Source: a virus
Lineage: Duplodnaviria; Caudoviricetes
Direction: 5' to 3' (one strand)
IMG/VR virus record: IMGVR_UViG_2974766419_000001
Location: 1 to 64,000 of that record
Length of the DNA: 64,000 bases
Shown here: positions 53,241-61,792 of the stretch, piece after piece
How positions within the stretch are numbered: the first letter of the stretch is position 1
Layout: each line of letters starts with the position of its first letter
Translations under genes and position numbers: made by a program
Notes under the pieces: generated by a model
What the model saw: the letters and a program-made list of their open reading frames with translations, nothing else
Database searches by the model: none
Told to the model about the DNA's origin: nothing

Positions 53241-53413
53241 CGGGTCGCCTCCCGGCTGGCGTCGACCAGCTCGATGGTGGCTCTAGTGACGCCGTAGTAG
53301 CGGGCCAGTTGCCGCGCCCGCTTGAGGTAGTCGCCACCTCGTACCTTGGCCAGCTCGTGTCGGATGCGGGCACGCTGCCCTTGGCTCAGGTGCTGGAACT
53401 TGGCGTTGGACAT
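53237..53413 (-). CDS. Small basic protein, possible HTH (58 aa)
   Basis: Translated by hand: MSNAKFQHL...RQLARYYGVTRATI; GAAGGAG SD. Confidence 0.65.
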   Translation of the reverse strand: MSNAKFQHLSQGQRARIRHELAKVRGGDYLKRARQLARYYGVTRATIELVDASREATR

Positions 53414-53453
53414 TCTCTCTCTCCTTCTGTCAGGGTGTTCGGTTTCCGAACAC

Positions 53454-53732
53454 TCAGTCGTTTCTGGCGATCTGGATCAGGCGCAGCGCCGCGGCGAACG
53501 CCGACGCCATCAGGTCCAGCCGGACCTCCAGCGACCGCTCGTTGCCGTCGGCGCCGAGCCGCTGCGACTCGACCAGCTCGTAGGCAATCTTGGACAGGCT
53601 GTAGTCGGTCGGCATAGTGTCGGCCATCTTCTGCACCACGGTGAGCAGCAGCGTGTCGCGGTCCATGCAGCGGCAGGTCTGCCCACCCTCGCTGGCCGGG
53701 CAGTCGGGTTGATGCTGAATCCCGTCGCTCAC
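53454..53732 (-). CDS. Hypothetical protein (92 aa)
   Basis: GTGA overlap. Confidence 0.65.
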   Translation of the reverse strand: MSDGIQHQPDCPASEGGQTCRCMDRDTLLLTVVQKMADTMPTDYSLSKIAYELVESQRLGADGNERSLEVRLDLMASAFAAALRLIQIARND

Positions 53733-54043
53733 CAGGTCACCGCCACCATGCGACGCAGCCATCCGACCAGCACGCGGCCACGGCGCACCTCCACACGCGG
53801 TCGCCACCACGTCGGCTTGCCCGATGACCTGTGTAGAAACACCTCTCGGCCGAACCACCGCGTTCTCCTGACGGAGTACCTACCCTGCTCGGTCAGGTAC
53901 ATCGTCACCTTCTCACGCGCCAGCTGCACCTCCTCGTCGGTGAACCCGCCGGGGTCCTGCGCCCAGAACGTGGCCCTGCCGGACCCGTCTGGCGTAGTGA
54001 CGACAAGCTTTCGCCGGTCGTCACTCAGCGTGACACTGTTCAT
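53729..54043 (-). CDS. Hypothetical protein (104 aa)
   Basis: GAAAGGTGAG SD. Confidence 0.7.
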   Translation of the reverse strand: MNSVTLSDDRRKLVVTTPDGSGRATFWAQDPGGFTDEEVQLAREKVTMYLTEQGRYSVRRTRWFGREVFLHRSSGKPTWWRPRVEVRRGRVLVGWLRRMVAVTW

Positions 54044-54351
54044 CTCTCACCTTTCTTCGTGGTGGTGGGCTGCACCGCGGCCAGGGCATCCCAGTGCCGC
54101 AGTGCGAACCCGACGTGCGAGCGGGCGCTCATCACGCCGTAGTAGGACCGGCCGATGGCCAGCGCGATGTCCAGGGTGGTTTCGTCGGCGGCGATGCCTT
54201 GGGCCAGGCGGGCCACCTCGTCGTCCTCCCACGGCAGCCCCTGCCGGTGCGCCTTGCGCAGGGTGCGCGCCTGGTTGCGGGCCGACGGCGACTTGCCGCC
54301 CACCCGGCGGCGAGGCTCGGCCTGGATCGACACCACTTTGCTGCGTGCCAT
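54040..54351 (-). CDS. Small HTH-like protein (103 aa)
   Basis: LPWEDDEVARL...TLDIALAIGRSYYGV. Confidence 0.65.
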   Translation of the reverse strand: MARSKVVSIQAEPRRRVGGKSPSARNQARTLRKAHRQGLPWEDDEVARLAQGIAADETTLDIALAIGRSYYGVMSARSHVGFALRHWDALAAVQPTTTKKGER

Positions 54352-54366
54352 GCTCTACCCCTCCTC

Positions 54367-55221
54367 TCAGGCAGTCTTCTTGCGGCGGGCCGTGGCCTTC
54401 TTGGCCGGAGCCTTCTTCTGGATGGACGCCTCCAGCTTGGCCAGCAGGTCGGACACGTCGTCGATGGCCTTGCCGCTTTCGCTGGCCACCGTCGCGATCT
54501 CGTTGCCCTGCGCCTTGGCGGTGATCGCCTCGGACAGCTGCTCGGTGTAGCGGTCGGTGTAGGCGGTCGGGTCCCAGTCGCCGGTCATCGACTCCACCAC
54601 CGACGCCATGACCGGCAGCAGGCGCGGGTCGATGTCGTCCTCGGTCACGTTGGTCGGCACGATCCCTTCGGTGGAGCGCAACTCGTCGGCCCACATCATG
54701 TTGCGGATGACCAGCACACCGCCGTCGTCGCTCGGCTCCACGTCGAGCACGCCCAGCCGGTTGCGCCCCCAGCGGGTGTACTGCACGACGCCGACCAGCT
54801 CTTGGCTGACCAGGATGTGCCGCACCATCAGGTAGGTGGTGGCGGCCTGGCGTCCACGCTTCGGATCGGGAACCAGCCGGTAGACGTTTTCGTTGGCGAA
54901 CAGCATCGGGTTGATCTGCTCGGCCTTGACGAACTGGGGCACCTCCAGCGCGGCGCCGGTGGCCGCGGCGATGCTGGCCAGCTCGTCGGCGGTGAGGATC
55001 ACGATGTCGCCGCCCTCTTCGAAGCCCTTGGCGATGTCGGCGGTCGGCACCACCTCGCCGCAGTCTTCGCACAGCTTGGGCATCTTGATCTTGCCGAAGT
55101 TGCCGTCTTCGTGGGGGTGGTACATCGAGGCTTTGCGGTCGTGGCTTTCGCTGACGCCGACCATCTTGACCGGCACGGTGACCAGGCCGATGGTGAGGTC
55201 GACGTTTCCTACTGAGCGCAT
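54367..55221 (-). CDS. ku: Ku-like NHEJ DNA end-binding protein (284 aa)
   Basis: LTIGLVTVPVKM...IAKGFE...WADELR...YTDRY..L..I.AK; basic tail. Confidence 0.93.
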   Translation of the reverse strand: MRSVGNVDLTIGLVTVPVKMVGVSESHDRKASMYHPHEDGNFGKIKMPKLCEDCGEVVPTADIAKGFEEGGDIVILTADELASIAAATGAALEVPQFVKAEQINPMLFANENVYRLVPDPKRGRQAATTYLMVRHILVSQELVGVVQYTRWGRNRLGVLDVEPSDDGGVLVIRNMMWADELRSTEGIVPTNVTEDDIDPRLLPVMASVVESMTGDWDPTAYTDRYTEQLSEAITAKAQGNEIATVASESGKAIDDVSDLLAKLEASIQKKAPAKKATARRKKTA

Positions 55222-55274
55222 CTCGTCTCCTTCTCTCTTTTCGTGGGGTGGGGTGTTCGGTTTCCGAACAGGTC

Positions 55275-55502
55275 TTACAGGCAGTCGCCGGAGATGAGTC
55301 CGTTTGGTGCCGGGAATGATTTGAGCTGTGGCTGGCCGATGGCGGCGTCCACTTCTCGGAACGCCGCCACCAGCCGGTCGATCGCTGCGTACTGACACGC
55401 CAGCTCGTCGGGTGTGTAGCCCTCCTGAAGGTCGGCCGGTGGCGCTTCGAGGATTCGTAGGGCTTGCCGTCCGCGGGTCAGTGCGTCAGCGAGGTCGGGC
55501 AT
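55275..55502 (-). CDS. Hypothetical protein (75 aa)
   Basis: GGAAGG SD. Confidence 0.55.
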   Translation of the reverse strand: MPDLADALTRGRQALRILEAPPADLQEGYTPDELACQYAAIDRLVAAFREVDAAIGQPQLKSFPAPNGLISGDCL

Positions 55503-55509
55503 CGTGGGG

Positions 55510-55785
55510 TTACCTTCCTTCCGTGGCGAGCTGGCCACGTCGTCGTGCTTGCTGATAGGTGCGGGACCATTCACGGCACTTGTCACAGCTGCACCTGTAG
55601 TAGGTGCTGCCGGTGGATGTGCCATGCAGGTGTGCGGGGATGCCGCGGGCGATGGCTCGCCGTCGCGACTCGGAGCGTTGCTGCATCTTGCGCTCGGCGC
55701 GGCACTTGTCCGAGCACAGTTCGGTGGGTCGGCCTCGGCCTATCGGCTCCTTGATGGGTGTGCCGCAGACCAGGCATGTTCTCAT
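55510..55785 (-). CDS. Zn-finger protein (91 aa)
   Basis: CLVCG...CSDKC and HG...CSCDKC; AAGGA SD. Confidence 0.75.
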   Translation of the reverse strand: MRTCLVCGTPIKEPIGRGRPTELCSDKCRAERKMQQRSESRRRAIARGIPAHLHGTSTGSTYYRCSCDKCREWSRTYQQARRRGQLATEGR

Positions 55786-55830
55786 GGCTGGGTCCTTTCG
55801 TGTCGTAGGGTGTTCGGTTTCCGAACAGGG

Positions 55831-55868
55831 GCTCGCCGGGGCGGAGAGAGAGGTACGCCCCGGCGAGC
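55831..55868 (-). other. 13-bp hairpin in a 5' leader
   Basis: GCTCGCCGGGGCG...CGCCCCGGCGAGC between promoter and operator. Confidence 0.75.
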
Positions 55869-55889
55869 TGTCCTCAACCTTCAACTACT

Positions 55890-55918
55890 ATTTTACTCTT
55901 GTTGAAGGCTTATGTCAA
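55890..55918 (-). promoter_or_regulatory. Strong SigA-like promoter (TTGACA-17-TAAAAT)
   Basis: Minus strand -35 at 55918-55913, -10 at 55895-55890. Confidence 0.85.
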
Positions 55919-55961
55919 GAGGGTCTAATCTCCTGACCCTCCGGCGTGCTTCCAGCGTCGG

Positions 55962-57470
55962 TCACGCCAGCTCCTCCAAGCACTCAGCCTGCGTCATCTC
56001 ACCGATCATCACCTTCTCGATCGGCGACAACCCATAGCCATGCTCGGCCAGGAACCGCAGGTACTTCTCGGTCCAGCCGCCCGGCGAACGCCACGCCGAC
56101 TTCGGTGTCTGCGCCTCGATCGCGCCCAGCGTCAAGCCCAGCACCACCACCTGAGCACGGCCATCCGACGCGTGATCGAGCAGCACACCCGAGCGAACCT
56201 CGGCACCGAGCAGCTCCCCGGCCACCTCGTCACCGCGGTGCGAACCGAGCAGCGTGCCGTCCTGCGTCAGCACCTCCGCAACAAACCGAGCAGCGCCCTC
56301 CGGTGGAGTTTTCCGCTTCAGCAGCGACGCCACGAACTCACGCCGCACCGCCATCGCCGCGTCGCCCGCCTTGTTCAAGGCCACCACCCGCTTGCGCTCA
56401 TCGCGGGCCTTCGCCTTCTCGGCCAGCTCCTCCGATGATTCCAGCTTGGAACCCTCCGGCAGCTGCGCAGCCGCCGCCGCCAACTTCTTGTACCGATCCG
56501 ACACGATCAGCCCAGCGGCCTCCAGGTCGATGCAGAAATACTCCTGCGGCACCCACACCGGCACCTCGGTCACCGTGTCGGCGTGCAGCTTGCCCTCCTC
56601 GGGCACCGCCTCAGGGTCACCCTCGGTCGACCAGTCCACCGTGGTCTCATCGATCACCTCGCCCTCGGCGTTGTGAAACTCGGTGTCCTCGGTGATCGTC
56701 ACCGCCCAGTGCTTCGGATCGGTCACCACCGACTCGTCCACCTGCGCGCCCTCAGGGGTACGCAGGTGCGACATCGGCACATGCACCCCGTCGTAGCTGG
56801 GGTACTCATCCAGCACCTCATAGCCCAGCTCGGCCCACTGCGCTTTCGCCGCCTCCTTCGCCTCGGCCTCGGCGCGCAGCTGACGCTGCCGCTGCAGCTC
56901 GTGCTCGAAGTAGTTGCGGCCAGCGGCCCGCATCAGCCGCTCCACCGCCACCACGTCGTCGGCGAACTCAGCGATACCCGCAGCCTCGGCCAGCGTCGCA
57001 CCCTCGGTCAGGCTTTCCATCGCCAGACTCGACTCCGACACCGCCTTGGCGTGCTTCACCTTCTCCGACGACACCGACAGCCGCTTGGCAACCTTGGTCA
57101 CCGACAGCCCGGCGTCGAGCAGCATCTGAATGCCCTTCACCCGGTCGGGCTCGCCCAGCTCCAGCCGCTGATCGTTCTCGGTGATCTGCTGCACCAGCCG
57201 GGTCGCCGTGTCCAGCTCAGCCGGGATCACATACACCGGCACCTCTGCCAGCTCAGCCTCCCGCGCTGCAAGGGTGCGACGCTGGCCGGCACGGACATGC
57301 AGCACTCCGTCCTCGCCGCGCACCGCGGTGATCGGCACGATGACGCCGTTCTCCTTGATGCTGGCGACGAACTGCTTGGTCAGGCTCGCCTCGGTGCGGA
57401 CGTTGGCCTCCAGCACCAGCTCATTGGGGTCGACGTGCATCAGCTCGCCGCCCGTCACAGTCTCGGTCAT
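55962..57470 (-). CDS. parB: ParB-like protein (502 aa)
   Basis: SIKENGVIVPI...AGQRRTLAA (GxRR patch)...QITENDQR; HTH LSVTKVAKRLSVS. Confidence 0.85.
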   Translation of the reverse strand: MTETVTGGELMHVDPNELVLEANVRTEASLTKQFVASIKENGVIVPITAVRGEDGVLHVRAGQRRTLAAREAELAEVPVYVIPAELDTATRLVQQITENDQRLELGEPDRVKGIQMLLDAGLSVTKVAKRLSVSSEKVKHAKAVSESSLAMESLTEGATLAEAAGIAEFADDVVAVERLMRAAGRNYFEHELQRQRQLRAEAEAKEAAKAQWAELGYEVLDEYPSYDGVHVPMSHLRTPEGAQVDESVVTDPKHWAVTITEDTEFHNAEGEVIDETTVDWSTEGDPEAVPEEGKLHADTVTEVPVWVPQEYFCIDLEAAGLIVSDRYKKLAAAAAQLPEGSKLESSEELAEKAKARDERKRVVALNKAGDAAMAVRREFVASLLKRKTPPEGAARFVAEVLTQDGTLLGSHRGDEVAGELLGAEVRSGVLLDHASDGRAQVVVLGLTLGAIEAQTPKSAWRSPGGWTEKYLRFLAEHGYGLSPIEKVMIGEMTQAECLEELA

Positions 57471-57805
57471 GAGTGTTCTCCTTCTTTCGTGGGGATGGTG
57501 TAATCGTTTTCGGTCAGCCACCAGCCGGTTTCCTCCAGGAGGGTGTCGATCACCAGCTGACCATCTTCGGAACTTTCGAAGCCCTCACCGCAGCAGGGGC
57601 AGGTCGCGTCGAGCCCGAACCTCTTCGCAACCTCCTCTGGGCACGCCCAGCGCACCCAGTCGTGCTTGGCCGCGGGGAACACGAACTGCGGCGTCATCCA
57701 CGGCAACAGCTTGGACAGGTCCCGCCGGTCGTTCGGGTTGCGGACCCTCAAGACCGCGGTCGGTGCCTCGTCGGGGCGGTCCCGGCGCTGCAATGTCAGG
57801 CCCAT
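57467..57805 (-). CDS. Hypothetical protein (112 aa)
   Basis: AAAGGA SD; CPCC motif. Confidence 0.7.
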   Translation of the reverse strand: MGLTLQRRDRPDEAPTAVLRVRNPNDRRDLSKLLPWMTPQFVFPAAKHDWVRWACPEEVAKRFGLDATCPCCGEGFESSEDGQLVIDTLLEETGWWLTENDYTIPTKEGEHS

Positions 57806-57848
57806 AGGCCACTTCCTTTCTTTCGTGGGGTGTTCGGAATCCGAACAC

Positions 57849-58298
57849 TCAGTGTTCAAGGTGGGAGAACCGGTGCTGCACCCGGTCCACCAGCAGATCG
57901 TGCGGCTTCACCTCGAAGTCGAGCAGCACCCTGGCGAAGTCCAGTGTCTGCACTTCGGCCACGCGGGCCAGCTCAGCCAGCTTGACCAGCACGTCCTTCA
58001 TCTCCGTGGTATCGGCGGGCTGAAGCATCTCGTACAGCTTCCGGCTGAATCCAACCCACGGCCCAGCCGACATCCGCTGATACAGTCCGGCCTGCCAGCG
58101 ATTCCACGCGAACTCCGCCTGGCTGAAGGTGGGACCGCCGAGCTTCCGGGGATACACCCTGCGTGGCTTCACCTCCTCTGTCGCCCCGATCATCTCGCTG
58201 GTGTCCCACCTCCACGGATGGCCCTCAGGCAGGGCGATCATCCCCGCGAAGTAGAACGGCAAGGGCTCCGGCCAGTTGATCACCCTGCCCATCAGCAT
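57849..58298 (-). CDS. Hypothetical protein (149 aa; coding-like sequence extends upstream to ~58407)
   Basis: ORF track; the 35 in-frame codons upstream are also coding-like. Confidence 0.7.
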   Translation of the reverse strand: MLMGRVINWPEPLPFYFAGMIALPEGHPWRWDTSEMIGATEEVKPRRVYPRKLGGPTFSQAEFAWNRWQAGLYQRMSAGPWVGFSRKLYEMLQPADTTEMKDVLVKLAELARVAEVQTLDFARVLLDFEVKPHDLLVDRVQHRFSHLEH

Positions 58299-58403
58299 CC
58301 AATCGATGTCGCTCGAATCAGCGTTGCGGAGGGTGCCCTTGGCAAAGAGGGTCCAGTCTTTGCCGAAGTAGGACTCGAACTCGCGCTTCGTGTCGATGGT
58401 TCG

Positions 58404-58745
58404 TCACCCCCTCGGATGCCAGGTCTGCCCGCCGTCGTGGCTGTGAATGCCGGTCGCGACGACCTTCTTGTCGACGGCACGGCCCGCCAGCCGTTCAGCC
58501 TGGGCGATGGCCTGACGTGCGCTGTGCGAGCCGCTGGTCATGATGCGGCGGTACACGCAGGCGTCGGTGATACCAGCCCGCACGTCCTCAGGGATGTTGA
58601 GGAACGTCACGGCACCCTGCGGGCCGACCTTCACCTTGACCCGCCCGGCGGCGAGCAGCCGGTCGATTTCCTGCCCGGCCTTGCGCACCTCGGCGGCGCG
58701 TTCGGACACGGTTTGGCCCTTCTTGAGCACGGTGTCACATGGCAT
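58404..58745 (-). CDS. Hypothetical protein (113 aa), AAA-module member
   Basis: AAGGAGG SD. Confidence 0.8.
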   Translation of the reverse strand: MPCDTVLKKGQTVSERAAEVRKAGQEIDRLLAAGRVKVKVGPQGAVTFLNIPEDVRAGITDACVYRRIMTSGSHSARQAIAQAERLAGRAVDKKVVATGIHSHDGGQTWHPRG

Positions 58746-58784
58746 TTCGATCCTCCTTGATTTCCCAATACGTCATTGGTCCGA

Positions 58785-59588
58785 TCACACGACCTCCTCG
58801 AAGTCGAGTGCATACCCCGACGGCCGAACAACGGCCTCGGGCTCGGTCTCGGTGGGCTCGAAGTCGATGGCCCGACCAGTGTCGCGGAACGCCTCGACCT
58901 CCACGTCCTGGTCCACCTCGAAGTCGAGGAACGAGCTGCGGGCCAGGCCGATCATCTCGATGGCGTTGCGGTCGATTTCCACGGCCACCTGCTCACCGGC
59001 CGCGACGATCTTCTTGCACGCCTCGCGGGCCGCGTTGACCGCGAGCTTCACGTCGGCGTTGGCGTTCGGCGAGAGCATCTGCCCCACGTCGAGCGCCTTC
59101 GAGCACGCCGCGCGGACCTTCTTCACGTCCAGCTCTTTCAGGCCATCCTGCATCTGGGCCATGAACCGCTCAGTCTCGGAGAACAAGGCGCGGGCCGTGT
59201 TCACGTCGTCGGCGACGATCTCACCGCAGATGACGTTGACCTCCACCCGTGAGAACGCTGCCTTGGCGTTGAACTCTTCGACCATGCGCCGCGCCTCGGC
59301 GATGGCTGCGTGCAGCTCCTCGCGGCGCTCCATCGGGCACAGCGGGCCGTGCGCGGTGTCAGCGCACAGCCGGGTGATGAGGTAGCGGGCACGGTTGGCG
59401 ACCTGCGACGCCTCCTTGGCCTCCTCGGGGTCGAACACGATCTTGGTGGTGTCCCACCGGCTGCGTTCCACGCCGCCCTCGGCGATGTGGGGGCGTTCGA
59501 TTTCGCGCTTCTGGTAGGCGCGGTTGCCCGACTGGTGGGTCTTCAGCGACACCAGGATGCCGGGCTTGAGGGATCGGATTTCGTTCAT
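58785..59588 (-). CDS. Helical hypothetical protein (267 aa), AAA-module partner
   Basis: AGAAGGAG SD; acidic tail with three xxDFE motifs. Confidence 0.8.
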   Translation of the reverse strand: MNEIRSLKPGILVSLKTHQSGNRAYQKREIERPHIAEGGVERSRWDTTKIVFDPEEAKEASQVANRARYLITRLCADTAHGPLCPMERREELHAAIAEARRMVEEFNAKAAFSRVEVNVICGEIVADDVNTARALFSETERFMAQMQDGLKELDVKKVRAACSKALDVGQMLSPNANADVKLAVNAAREACKKIVAAGEQVAVEIDRNAIEMIGLARSSFLDFEVDQDVEVEAFRDTGRAIDFEPTETEPEAVVRPSGYALDFEEVV

Positions 59589-59679
59589 GGGACTCTCTCT
59601 CCTTCTCTCTCTGGGTGGGGGTGTTCGGTTTCCGAACAGGGCCGAGGCGGTGAAACCCCAGCCCTGTTCGGCTTTCGTC

Positions 59680-61380
59680 CTACAGGTCGAGCACGCGGAC
59701 CTTGGTCGGCCCGGCCGGCACGGCCTCGGTGTCGGGGCGGGTCGCCGGTCGCGCACGGCCCATCCACGACTCCCGCAGACGGGCGATCTTGTCGCCCATC
59801 GTCCGGTTCAGCGGGATCACCTCACCCGCGGCGTGCAGGATGTCCTCGGTGGTGATTTCGCGGCCACCGTCGGCGAACGCGTTGAACATCGCATCGTGCT
59901 CGATGCACGCGGCGATCTCAGCGCCGGTGAACCCGTTGGTGGCGTCGGCCACCGCGCCCAGGTCGATGCCCAACGTCTCGGCGTCGCGTCCGTTGCTGCG
60001 CAGTGTCGCCGCGGCCACCGACATGCGTTCGGCCCGCGTCGGCAGGTCGATCCACCACACCTCATCGAAGCGGCCCTTGCGCAGGAACTCCGGCGGCAGC
60101 TTCGACGGGTCGTTGGCCGTCATCATGACGAACGCCTGCCCGGCGCGGTCCTGCATCCAGGTGAGGATGGCACCGAGCGCGTCGGCCGACACGCCACCGT
60201 CGGCACTGCCCGACACCGCGCCTTCCAGCGCTTTCTCCACCTCGTCGATGTAGACGATGACCTGGCCGAGCGCGTCGATCTTGGAGAAGATGCCGCGCAG
60301 CCTCGACTCCGACTCGCCGACGTACTTGCCTTTGAGCGCGTTGATGTCCAGCCGGACCACCGGCCAGTTCCACTCGGCGCCCAACGCCTGGCAGGACAGG
60401 GTTTTGCCGCAGCCCGAGACGCCGATGAGCATCGCACCCTTGGGCAGCTTCAGATTGTAGGCCCGCGCCTCCGGTGAGTATGCGATCTTCTGCCGGATCG
60501 CCCACTCCTTGAACACGTCCAGCCCGCCCACGTTGTCGAAGCCACCCGGCCGCGGCGGGTAGTACTCCATCGCCGGCTCCTGGTCGATGAGCCGTTTCTT
60601 CTCGGCGGCGATCGCCGAGACGTCGATGCTGCCGTTTTCGATGAGCGACCGGGCGAACGTGGTCTGCACCTCCTGTGAGGACAGGCCCACCGCGGCGTCG
60701 ATGGCGGCGTCGCGGGTGTTGCCCTTCTTCAGCAGGTTGAGCACCCGGCGCTTCATCGGCTGCTCTTCGGTGTCGGGCAGCACGTCGACCGCGCCGGACA
60801 GAATCTCGCCGATCTCTTCACGGTCGGGCAGCGGCCAGTCGATGACGGTCAGCTCGCCGTTGGACAGCTCGGGCGGCGGCGGGTTGCCAGCGGACAGGAT
60901 GATGATGGCCTGTGCCACGTTGCGCGGGGTGCCCGCCAGCCCGTCGGGTCGCAGCATGTTGCGCAGGCGGCGGCGGGTGAGCGCACCGGCTGCGCCTTCC
61001 AGCCACGGCCCCAGGTCGCGCATGATCCACACGTTGCGATCGGTGCGGGAGGTCGACTGCTTCGACCTCTTGTTGATGTCGTCGAGCATCTTGTCGGGGT
61101 CCTCGGGTGCGGCGTAGTCCACGTCGCCGCGGATGGCGGTGCCGTCGATTTTGAGCGCGCCGTTGGCGATGTCCCAGGTGTGCGGGATGTACCCGGCCTT
61201 GGCGATGGCGGTGAACAGGTCCTGCTCGGTGCGCGCCTCGTCTCGGCTGATGATCCAGAACCCGGCGCAGCGTGCCCTCAGCGCCAGCGTCACGTCTTCC
61301 ATCGCCAGCTGGCTGCGGGTCTTCTTGGGGGTGTTCGGTTTCCGAACAGTGGCCACTCGCTTCTTGGGAGCGTCGGTCAT
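59680..61380 (-). CDS. AAA+ ATPase (Ycf46/SpoVK-like; degenerate N-domain plus one intact AAA domain)
   Basis: VGGLD; GVSGCGKT; KYVGESE pore loop; YIDEVEK; TAN; LPPEFLRKGRFDE; GFTGAEI. Confidence 0.92.
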   Translation of the reverse strand: MTDAPKKRVATVRKPNTPKKTRSQLAMEDVTLALRARCAGFWIISRDEARTEQDLFTAIAKAGYIPHTWDIANGALKIDGTAIRGDVDYAAPEDPDKMLDDINKRSKQSTSRTDRNVWIMRDLGPWLEGAAGALTRRRLRNMLRPDGLAGTPRNVAQAIIILSAGNPPPPELSNGELTVIDWPLPDREEIGEILSGAVDVLPDTEEQPMKRRVLNLLKKGNTRDAAIDAAVGLSSQEVQTTFARSLIENGSIDVSAIAAEKKRLIDQEPAMEYYPPRPGGFDNVGGLDVFKEWAIRQKIAYSPEARAYNLKLPKGAMLIGVSGCGKTLSCQALGAEWNWPVVRLDINALKGKYVGESESRLRGIFSKIDALGQVIVYIDEVEKALEGAVSGSADGGVSADALGAILTWMQDRAGQAFVMMTANDPSKLPPEFLRKGRFDEVWWIDLPTRAERMSVAAATLRSNGRDAETLGIDLGAVADATNGFTGAEIAACIEHDAMFNAFADGGREITTEDILHAAGEVIPLNRTMGDKIARLRESWMGRARPATRPDTEAVPAGPTKVRVLDL

Positions 61381-61463
61381 GGTCTCTCTTTCTCTCTCTC
61401 GTGGGGTGGAGGTGTTCGGTTTCCGAACACCCGACTGGAGGCCCAGTTCGACCTCCAACAACT

Positions 61464-61492
61464 ATTCTACTCTTGACAGGGGCTAATGTCAA
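61464..61492 (-). promoter_or_regulatory. Strong SigA-like promoter (TTGACA-17-TAGAAT)
   Basis: Minus strand -35 at 61492-61487, -10 at 61469-61464. Confidence 0.85.
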
Positions 61493-61510
61493 GGGGTATG
61501 ACGCATCTGG

Positions 61511-61792
61511 TCATGGAACTCCATTGCGCAGGACGATCCGCCTGAGAGTTCGAACCAGACGGTCATTGATTCTGCACCGCCTCCGCGTAACCTCCCGCCA
61601 ATCCCGGCAACTGAACGTCCACGTCGACTCCAGGTACGGCACAGGTCGGCCCGCATGGGAGATGGTCTTCGCCAACACCTGTGCTTCGCCGATGGCGGTG
61701 ATTTCGATGATCGTTTCGCCATAGCCCTCGTCGCCGGCGAGTCGGGTTCCGACCTTCCAGCCGTTCTTCCGTGCAGTGTCTGCGTCGCTCAT
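61511..61792 (-). CDS. Hypothetical protein (93 aa)
   Basis: GGAGG SD; ATGA overlap. Confidence 0.7.
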   Translation of the reverse strand: MSDADTARKNGWKVGTRLAGDEGYGETIIEITAIGEAQVLAKTISHAGRPVPYLESTWTFSCRDWREVTRRRCRINDRLVRTLRRIVLRNGVP

